Source: Eledone cirrhosa
Lineage: Eukaryota
Reading direction: 5' to 3'
NCBI GenBank assembly: GCA_964016885.1
Contig: OZ024743.1
Coordinates: forward strand, 138,260,001-138,324,000
DNA length: 64,000 bases
The notes beneath the pieces were generated by a model. That model was given only the letters and a program-made list of their open reading frames with translations, ran no database searches and had not been told where the DNA came from. This document shows positions 1 through 9,800 of this stretch, in pieces. Position numbers and translations under genes: made by a program. Positions within the stretch are counted from its first letter, which is position 1; the number at the start of each line of letters is the position of its first letter.

Positions 1-857
1 GCTTGGTGCTTTGGTTTGGTGTTTGGTGCTTGGTGCTTGGTGTTTGGTGCTTGGTGCTGGGTTCTGGGTGGTTGGTCTTTGGTGCTTGGTGTTTGGTGCT
101 GGGTGCTTGGTGTTTGGTGCTTGGTGCTTGGTCTTTGGTGTTTGGTGTTTGGTGTTTGGTGTTTGGTGCTTGGTGCTTGGTGCTTGGTGTTTGGTGCTTG
201 GTGCTTGGTGTTTGGTGCTTGGTGCTTAGTGTTTGGTGCTAGGTGCTTGGGGTTTGGTGTTTGGTGCTTGGTGCTTGGTGTTTGGTGCTTGGTGCTTGGT
301 GTTTGGTGTTTGGTGCTTGGTGCTTGGTGTTTGGTGTTTGCTGTTTGCTGTTTGGTGTTTGTTGTTTGGTGTTTGTTGTTTGGTGTTTGCTGTTTGGTGT
401 TTGGTGTTTGGTGTTTGCTGTTTGGTGTCTGCTTTTTGGTGTTTGGTGTTTGCTGTATGTTATTTGCTGTTTGGTGTTTGGTGTTTGGTGTTTGGTGCAG
501 GGTGCTTGGTGTTTGGTGCTTGGTGCTTGGTGTTTGGTGCCTGGTGCTTGGTGCTTGGTGTTTGGTGTTTGGTGCTTGGAGTTTGGTGTTTGGTGCTTGC
601 TGCTTGGTGTTTTGTGTTTGGTGTTTGGTTTTTGGTGCTTGGTGCTTGGTGCTTGGTGCTTGGTCCTTGGTGTTTGGTGCTTGGTGCTTGGTGTTTGTAC
701 TTGGTGCTTGGTGCTTGGTGTTTGGTTCTTGGTTCTTGGTGTTTGGTGCTTGGTGCTTGGTGCTTGGTGTTTGGTGTTTGGTGCTTGGTGCTTGGTGTTT
801 GGTGCTTGGTGTTTGGTGTTTGCTGTTTGGTGTTTCGTGTTTGGTGTTTGGTGTTTG
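1..857 (+). repeat. ~860-bp higher-order block; further copies start at 4861, 10051 and 21004
   Basis: Lines 1-840 align almost base for base with lines 4861-5700. The private variant GGTGCAGGG has its A at 499, 5359, 10549 and 21501. Confidence 0.93.
327..497 (+). repeat. Example of the recurrent T-ending, TTGCTGT-rich sub-satellite island (core GTCTGCTTTTTGG...GCTGTATG)
   Basis: About 24 consecutive monomers all end in T and include TTGCTGT, TTGTTGT, CTGCTTT and ATGTTAT. The core motif recurs more than 40 times, e.g. 427, 2518, 3987, 7802, 13034, 26124, 38278, 53582, 63747. Confidence 0.88.
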
Positions 858-3827
858 GTGTTTGATTCTTGGTGTTTGGTGCTTGGTGTTTGGTGTTTTG
901 TGCTTGGTGCTTGGGGCTTGGTGTTTAGTGCTTGGTGCTTGGTGCTTGGTGTTTGGTGCTTGGTGCTTGGTGTTTGGTGTTTGGTGTTTGGTGCTTGGTG
1001 CTTGGTGTTTGGTGCTTGGTGCTTGGTGCTGGGTGGTTGGTATTTGGTGCTTGGTGCTTGGTGTTTGGTGCTTGGTGCTTGGTGCTTGCTGTTTGGTGCT
1101 TGGTGCTTGGTGCTTGGTCTTTGGTGCTTGGTCTTTGGTGCTTGGTGCTTGGTGCTTGGTGTTTGGTGCTTGGTGATTAGTGTTTGGTGCTTGGTGCTTG
1201 GGGTTTGGTGTTTGGTGCTTGGTACTTGGTGTTTGGTGCTTGGTGTTTGGTGTTTGCTGTTTGGTGTTTGGTGTTTGCTGTTTGCTGTTTGCTGTTTGGT
1301 GTTTGGTGTTTGCTGTTTGGTCTTTGGTGCTTGGTGTTTGGTGCTTGGTGCTTGGTGTTTGGTGTTTGATGCTTGGTGCTTGGTGTTTGGTGTTTGTTGC
1401 TTGGTGCTTGGTGCTTGGTGTTTGGTGTTTGGTGTTTGGTGCTTGGTGTCTGGTGCTTGGTGTTTGGTGTTTGGTGTTTGGTGCTTGGTGTTTGGTGTTT
1501 GGTGTTTGGTGCTTGGTGTTTGGTGTTTGGTGTTTGGTGTTTGGTGCTTGTTGCTTGGTGCTTGGTGCTTGGTGTTTGGTTCTTGGTTCTTGGTGTTTGG
1601 TACTTGGTGCTTGGTGTTTGGTGCTGGGTGCTTGGTGTTTGGTGCTTGGTGCTTGGTGCTTGCTGTTTGGTGTTTGGTGCTTGGTGCTTGGTGTTTGGTG
1701 TTTGGTGTTATATGCTTGGTGTTTGATGCTTGGTGCTTGGTGCTTGGTATTTGGTGTTTGGTGCTTGGTGTTTGTACTTGGTGCTTGGTTCTTGGTTCTT
1801 GGTGCTTGGTGCTTGGTGCTTGGTGCTTGGTGCTTGGTGTTTGGTGCTTGGTGTTTGGTGCTTGGTGTTTGGTGCTTGGTGCCTGGTGCTTGGTGCTTGG
1901 TGCTTGGTGTTTGGTGCTTGGTGTTTGGTGCTTGGTGTTAGGTGTTTGGTGCTTGGTGCTTGGTGTTTGGTGTTTGGTGCTTGGTGTTTGGTGCTTGGTG
2001 CTTGGTGTTTGGTGTTTGGTGCTTGGTGTTTGGTGCTTGGTACTTGGTGCTTGGTGCTTGGTGTTAGGTGTTTGGTGCTTGGTGCTTGGTGTTTGGTTTT
2101 TGGTGCTTGGTGCTTGGTGTTTGGTGTTTGGTGCTTGCTGCTGGCTGCTTGGTGTTTGGTGTTTGGTGATTGGTGCTTGGTGTTTGGTGCTTGGTGTTTG
2201 GTGTTTGGTACTAGGTGCTTGGTGTTTGGTGTTTGGTGCTTGGTGCTTGGTGTTTGGTGTTTGGTGTTTGGTGCTTGGTGCTTGGTGCTTGGTGCTGGGT
2301 GGTTGGTGTTTGGTGCTTGGTGATTAGTGTTTGGTGCTAGGTGCTTGGGGTTTGGTGTTTGGTGCTTGGTGCATGGTGTTTGGTGCTTGGTGCTTGGTGT
2401 TTGGTGCTTGGTGCTTGGTGTTTGGTGTTTGCTGTTTGCTGTTTGGTGTTTGTTGTTTGGTGTTTGTTGATTGGTGTTTGCTGTTTGGTGTTTGGTATTT
2501 GGTGTTTGCTGTTTGGTGTCTGCTTTTTGGTGTTTGGTGTTTGCTGTATGTTGTTTGTTGTTTGGTGTTTGGTGTTTCGTGTTTCGTGTTTGCTGCTTGG
2601 TGCTTGGTGTTTGGTGCTTGGGGCTTGGTGTTTGGTGCCTGGTGCTTGGTACTTGGTTGTTTGGTGTTTGGTGCTTGGTGCTTGGGGCTTGGAGTTTGGT
2701 GTTTGGTGCTTGGTGCTTGGTGTTTTGTGTTTGGTGTTTGGTTTTTGGTGCTTGGTGCTTGGTGCTTGGCGCTTGGTCCTTGGTGTTTGGTGCTTGGTGC
2801 TTGGTGTTTGTACTTGGTGCTTGGTGCTTGGTGTTTGGTTCTTGGTTCTTGGTGTTTGGTACTTGGTGCTTGGTGCTTGGTGCTTGGTGTTTGGTGTTTG
2901 GTGCTTGGTGTTTGGTGCTTGGTGCTTGGTGCTTGGTGCTTGGTGTTAGGTGTTTGGTGCTTGGTGCTTGGTGTTTGGTGCTTGGTGTTTGCTGTTTGGT
3001 GTTTGGTGTTTGGTGTTTGGTGTTTGCTGTTTGGTGTCTGCTTTTTGGTGTTTGGTGTTTGCTGTATGGTGTTTGCTGTTTCGTGTTTGGTGTTTGCTGT
3101 TTGGTGTTTGGTGCTTCGTGTTTGGTGTTTGTTTTTGGTGCTTGGTGTCTGGTGCTTGATGTTTGGTGTTTGGTGCTTGGTGTTTGGTGTTTGGTGCTTG
3201 GTGCTTGGTGTTTGGTGCTTGGTGCTTGGTGTTTGGTGTTTGGTTCTTGGTGCTTGGTATTTGGTGCTTGGTGCTTGCTGCTTGGTGTTTGGTGCTTGGT
3301 GATTGATGCTTGGTGTTTGGTGCTTGGTGCTCAGTGTTTGGTTTTTGGTGCTAGGTGCTTGGTGCATGGTGTTTGGTGCTTGGTGTTTGGTGTTTGGTGG
3401 TTGGTGCTTGGGGATTGGTGTTTGGTACTTGGTGCTTGGTGCTTGGTGTTTGGTGCTTGGTGCTTGGTGTTTGGTGTTTGGTGCTTGGTGCTTGGTGTTT
3501 GGTGCTTGGTGCTTGGTGCTTGTTGTTTGGTGATTGGTGCTTGGTGCTTGGTGTTTGGTGTTTGGTGTTTGATGCTTGGTGTTTGGTGTTTGGTGCTTGG
3601 TGCTTGGGGCTTGGTGTTTGGTGCTTGGTGCTTGGTGCTTGGTGTTTGGTGCTTGGTGCTTGGTGTTTGGTGTCTGGTGTTTGGTGCTTGGTGCTTGGTG
3701 TTTGGTGCTTGGTGCTTGGTGCTGGGTGGTTGGTATTTGGTGCTTGGTGCTTGGTGTTTGGTGCTTGGTGCTTGGTGCTTGGTGTTTGGTGCTTGGTGCT
3801 TGGTGCTTGGTCTTTGGTGCTTGGTGT

Positions 3828-6800
3828 TTGGTGTTTGGTGCTTGGTGCTTTGTGTTTGGTGCTTGGTGATTAGTGTTTGGTGCTTGGTGCTTGGGGTTTG
3901 GTGTTTGGTGCTTGGTACTTGGTGTTTGGTGCTTGGTGTTTGGTGTTTGCTGTTTGGTGTTTGGTGTTTGGTGTTTGCTGTTTGGTGTCTGCTTTTTGGT
4001 GTTTGGTGTTTGCTGTATGATGTTTGCTGTTTCGTGTTTGGTGTTTGCTGTTTGGTGTTTGGTGTTTGCGGTTTGGTGTTTGGTCTTTGGTGCTTTGTGT
4101 TTGGTGCTTAGTGCTGGGTGTTTGGTGTTTGGTGCTTGGTGTTTGGTGTTTGGTGCTTGGTGCTTGGTGCTTGGTGTTTGCTGTTTGGTGTTTGGTGCTT
4201 GGTGTCTGGTGCTTGGTGTTTGGTGTTTGGTGTTTGGTGCTTGGTGTTTGGTGTTTGGTGTTTGGTGCTTGTTGCTTGGTGCTTGGTGCTTGGTGTTTGG
4301 TGCTTGGTGCTTGGTGCTTGGTGTTTGGTGTTTGGTGCTTGGTGTTTTATGCTTGGTGTTTGATGTTTGGTGCTTGGTGCTTGGTGTTTGGTGCTTGGTG
4401 CTTGGTGTTTATACTTGGTGCTTGGTGCTTGGTTCTTGGTGTTTGGTGCTTGGTGCTTGGTGCTTGGTGCTTGGTGTTTGGTGCTTGGTGTTTGGTGCTT
4501 GGTGCCTGGTGCTTGGTGCTTGGTGCTTGCTGTTTGGTGCTTGGTGTTTGGTGCTTGGTATTAGGTATTTGGTGCTTAGTGCTTGGTGTTTGGTGTTTGG
4601 TGCTTGGTGTTTGGTGCTTGGTGCTTGGTGTTTGGTGTTTGGTGCTTGGTGTTTGGTGCTTGGTACTTGGTGCTTGGTGCTTGGTGTTAGGTGTTTGGTG
4701 CTTGGTGCTTGGTGTTTGGTTTTTGGTGCTTGGTGCTTGGTGTTTGGTGTTTGGTGCTTGCTGCTGGCTGCTTGGTGTTTGGTGCTTGGTGATAGGTGCT
4801 TGGTGTTTGGTGCTTGGTGTTTGGTGTTTGGTACTAGGTGCTTGGTGCTTGGTGTGTGGTGCTTGGTGCTTTGGTTTGGTGTTTGGTGCTTGGTGCTTGG
4901 TGTTTGGTGCTTGGTGCTGGGTTCTGGGTGGTTGGTCTTTGGTGCTTGGTGTTTGGTGCTGGGTGCTTGGTGTTTGGTGCTTGGTGCTTGGTCTTTGGTG
5001 TTTGGTGTTTGGTGTTTGGTGTTTGGTGCTTGGTGCTTGGTGCTTGGTGTTTGGTGCTTGGTGCTTGGTGTTTGGTGCTTGGTGCTTAGTGTTTGGTGCT
5101 AGGTGCTTGGGGTTTGGTGTTTGGTGCTTGGTGCTTGGTGTTTGGTGCTTGGTGCTTGGTGTTTGGTGTTTGGTGCTTGGTGCTTGGTGTTTGGTGTTTG
5201 CTGTTTGCTGTTTGGTGTTTGTTGTTTGGTGTTTGTTGTTTGGTGTTTGCTGTTTGGTGTTTGGTGTTTGGTGTTTGCTGTTTGGTGTCTGCTTTTTGGT
5301 GTTTGGTGTTTGCTGTATGTTATTTGCTGTTTGGTGTTTGGTGTTTGGTGTTTGGTGCAGGGTGCTTGGTGATTGGTGCTTGGTGCTTGGTGTTTGGTTC
5401 CTGGTGCTTGGTGCTTGGTGTTTGGTGTTTGGTGCTTGGAGTTTGGTGTTTGGTGCTTGCTGCTTGGTGTTTTGTGTTTGGTGTTTGGTTTTTGGTGCTT
5501 GGTACTTGGTGCTTGGTGCTTGGTCCTTGGTGTTTGGTGCTTGGTGCTTGGTGTTTGTACTTGGTGCTTGGTGCTTGGTGTTTGGTTCTTGGTTCTTGGT
5601 GTTTGGTGCTTGGTGCTTGGTGCTTGGTGTTTGGTGTTTGGTGCTTGGTGCTTGGTGTTTGGTGCTTGGTGTTTGGTGTTTGCTGTTTGGTGTTTCGTGT
5701 TTGGTGTTTGGTGTTTGCTGTTTGCTGTTTGGTGTTTGTTGTTTGGTGTTTGTTGTTTGGTGTTTGCTGTTTGGTGTTTGGTGTTTGGTGTTTGCTGTTT
5801 GGTGTCTGCTTTTTGGTGTTTGGTGTTTGCTGTATGTTATTTGCTGTTTGGTGTTTGGTGTTTGGTGTTTGGTGCTTGGTGCTTGGTGCTTCGTGTTTGG
5901 TGTTTGGTGCTTGGTGTCTGGAGCTTGGTGTTTGGTGTTTGGTGCTTGGTGTTTGGTGTTTGGTGCTTGGTGCTTGGTGTTTGGTGCTTGGTGCTTGGTG
6001 TTTGTACTTGGTGCTTGGTGCTTGGTGTTTGGTGCTTGGTTCTTGGTGTTTGGTGCTTGGTGTTTGGTGCTTGGTGCTTGGTGTTTGGTGCTTGGTGCTT
6101 GGTGCTTGGTGTTAGGTGTTTGGTGCTTGGTGCTTCGTGTTTGGTGTTTGGTTCTTGGTGCTTGGTATTTGGTGCTTGGTGCTTGCTGCTTGGTGTTTGG
6201 TGCTTGGTGATTGATGCTTGGTGTTTGGTGCTTGGTGCTTGGTGTTTAGTTTTTGGTGCTAGGTGCTTGGTGCTTGGTGTTTGGTGCTTGGTGTTTGGTG
6301 TTTGGTGCTTGGTGCTTGGTGTTTGGTACTTGGTGCTTGGTGCTTGGTGTTTGGTGCTTGGTGCTTGGTGTTTGGTGCTTGGTGCTTGGTGCTGGGTGGT
6401 TGGTGTTTGGTGCTTGGTGCTTGGTGTTTGGTGCTAGGTGCATGGTGCTTGGTGTTTGGTGCTTGGTGCTTGGTGCTTGGTCTTTGGTGTTTGGTGTTTA
6501 GTGCTTGGTGCTTGGTGCTTGGTGCTTGGTGCTTGGTCCTTGGTGTTTGGTGCTTGGTGCTTGGTGTTTGGTGTTTGGTGCTTGGTGCTTGGTGCTTCGT
6601 GTTTGGTGTTTGGTGCTTGGTGTCTGGAGCTTGGTGTTTGGTGTTTGGTGCTTGGTGTTTGGTGTTTGGTGCTTGGTGCTTGGTGTTTGGTGCTTGGTGC
6701 TTGGTGTTTGTACTTGGTGCTTGGTGCTTGGTGTTTGGTGCTTGGTTCTTGGTGTTTGGTGCTTGGTGTTTGGAGCTTGGTGCTTGGTGTTTGGTGCTTG

Positions 6801-9800
6801 GTGCTTGGTGTTTGTACTTGGTGCTTGGTGCTTGCTGTTTGGTGCTTGGTTCTTGGTGTTTGGTGCTTGGTGTTTGGAGCTTGGTGCCTGGTGTTTGGTG
6901 CTTGGTGCTTGGTGTTTGGTGTTTGGTGCCTGGTGCTTGGTGTTTGGTGTTTGGTGCTTGGTGTTTGGTGTTTGGTGCTTGGTGCTTGGTGTTTGTTGCT
7001 TGGTACTTGGTGCATGGTGTTTGGTGCTGGGTGCTTGGTGTTTGGTGCTTGGTGTTTGGTGCTTGGTGCTTGGTGTTTGGTGTTTGATGCTTGGTGTTTT
7101 ATGCTTGGTGCTTGGTGTTTGGTGCTTGGTGTTTGTACTTGGTGCTTGGTGCTTGGTGTTTTGTGCTTGGTTCTTGGGGTTTGGTGTTTGGTGCTTGGTA
7201 CTTGGTGCTTGGTGTTAGTTGTTTGGTGCTTGGTGCTTGGTGTTTGGTGTTTGGTCCTTGGTGCTTGGTGCTTGGTGTTTAGTGCTTGGTGCTTGGTGTT
7301 TGTTGTTTGGTGCTTTCTGTTTGCTGCTTGGTGTTTGCTGCTTGGTGCTTGGTGCTTGGTGTTTGGTGTTTGGTGCTAGGTGCTTGGTGTTTGGTGTTTG
7401 GTGTTTGATGCTTGGTGTTTGGTGCTTGGTGTTTGGTGCTTGGTGCTTGGGGCTTGGTGTTTGGTGCTTGGTGCTTGGTGCTTGGTGTTTGGTGCTTGGT
7501 GCTTGGTGTTTGGTGTTTGGTGTTTGGTGCTTGGTGCTTGGTGTTTGGTGCTTGGTGCTTGGTGCTGGGTGGTTGGTATTTGGTGCTTGGTGCTTGGTGT
7601 TTGGTGCTTGGTGCTTGGTGCTTGGTGTTTGGTGCTTGGTGCTTGGTGCTTGGTCTTTGGTGCTTGGTGTTTGGTGTTTGGTGCTTGGTGCTTTGTGTTT
7701 GTTTCTTGGTGATTAGTGTTTGGTGCTTGGTACTTGGTGTTTGGTGCTTGGTGTTTGGTGTTTGCTGTTTGGTGTTTGGTGTTTGGTGTTTGCTGTTTGG
7801 TGTCTGCTTTTTGGTGTTTGGTGTTTGCTGTATGGTGTTTGCTGTTTCGTGTTTGGTGTTTGCTGTTTGGTGTTTGGTGTTTGCTGTTTGGTCTTTGGTC
7901 TTTGGTGCTTGGTGTTTGGTGCTTGGTGCTTGGTGTTTGGTGTTTGGTGCTTGGTGTTTGGTGTTTGGTGCTTGGTGCTTGGTGCTTGGTGTTTGGTGCT
8001 TGGTGTCTGGTGCTTGGTGTCTGGTGCTTCGTGTTTGGTGTTTGGTGTTTGGTGCTTGGTGTTTGGTGCTTGGTGCTTGGTGTTTGGTGCTTGGTGCTTG
8101 GTGTTTGGTGGTTGGTGCTTGGTGTTTGGTGTTTGGTGCTTGGTGCTTGGTGTTTGGTGTTTGGTGTTATATGCTTGGTGTTTGGTGCTTGGTGCTTGGT
8201 GTTTGGTGTTTGGTTCTTGATGCTTGGTATTTGGTGCTTGGTGCTTGCTGCTTGGTGTTTGGTGCTTGGTGATTAATGCTTGGTGTTTGGTGCTTGGTGC
8301 TTGGTGTTTGGTTTTTGGTGCTAGGTGCTTGGTGCTTGGTGTTTGGTGCTTGGTGTTTGGTGTTTGGTGCTTGGTGTTTGGTATTTGGTGCTTGGTGCTT
8401 GGTGTTTGGTGCTTGGTGCTTGGTGTTTGGTGTTTGGTGTTTGGTGCTTGGTGCTTGGTGTTTGGTGCTTGGTGCTTGGTGCTGGGTGGTCGGTGTTTGG
8501 TGCTTGGTGCTTGGTATTTCGTGCTAGGTGCATGGTGCTTGGTGTTTGGTGCTTGGTGCTTGGTGCTTGGTCTTTGGTGTTTGGTGTTTAGTGCTTGGTG
8601 CTTGGTGCTTGGTGCTTGGTGCTTGGTCCTTGGTGTTTGGTGCTTGGTGCTTGGTGTTTGGTGTTTGGTGCTTGGTGCTTGGTGCTTCGTGTTTGGTGTT
8701 TGGTGCTTGGTGTCTGGAGCTTGGTGTTTGGTTTTTGGTGCTTGGTGTTTGGTGTTTGGTGCTTGGTGCTTGGTGTTTGGTGCTTGGTGCTTGGTGTTTG
8801 TACTTGGTGCTTGGTGCTTGGTGTTTGGTGCTTGGTTCTTGGTGTTTGGTGCTTGGTGTTTGGAGCTTGGTGCTTGGTGTTTGGTGCTTGGTGCTTGGTG
8901 TTTGTACTTGGTGCTTGGTTCTTGGTGCTTGGTGCTTGGTTCTTGGTGTTTGGTGCTTGGTGCTTTGTGTTTGGTGCTTGGTGATTAGTGTTTGGTGCTT
9001 GGTGCTTGGGGTTTGGTGTTTGGTGCTTGGTACTTGGTGTTTGGTGCTTGGTGTTTGGTGTTTGCTGTTTGGTGTTTGGTGTTTGGTGTTTGCTGTTTGG
9101 TGTCTGCTTTTTGGTGTTTGGTGTTTGCTGTATGATGTTTGCTGTTTCGTGTTTGGTGTTTGCTGTTTGGTGTTTGGTGTTTGCTGTTTGGTGTTTGGTC
9201 TTTGGTGCTTTGTGTTTGGTGCTTAGTGCTGGGTGTTTGGTGTTTGGTGCTTGGTGTTTGGTGTTTGGTGCTTGGTGCTTGGTGCTTGGTGTTTGCTGTT
9301 TGGTGTTTGGTGCTTGGTGTCTGGTGCTTGGTGTTTGGTGTTTGGTGTTTGGTGCTTGGTGTTTGGTGTTTGGTGTTTGGTGCTTGTTGCTTGGTGCTTG
9401 GTGCTTGGTGTTTGGTGCTTGGTGCTTGGTGCTTGGTGTTTGGTGTTTGGTGCTTGGTGTTTTATGCTTGGTGTTTGATGTTTGGTGCTTGGTGCTTGGT
9501 GTTTGGTGCTTGGTGCTTGGTGTTTATACTTGGTGCTTGGTGCTTGGTTCTTGGTGTTTGGTGCTTGGTGCTTGGTGCTTGGTGCTTGGTGTTTGGTGCT
9601 TGGTGTTTGGTGCTTGGTGCCTGGTGCTTGGTGCTTGGTGCTTGCTGTTTGGTGCTTGGTGTTTGGTGCTTGGTATTAGGTATTTGGTGCTTGGTGCTTG
9701 GTGTTTGGTGTTTGGTGCTTGGTGTTTGGTGCTTGGTGCTTGGTGTTTGGTGTTTGGTGCTTGGTGTTTGGTGCTTGGTACTTGGTGCTTGGTGCTTGGT

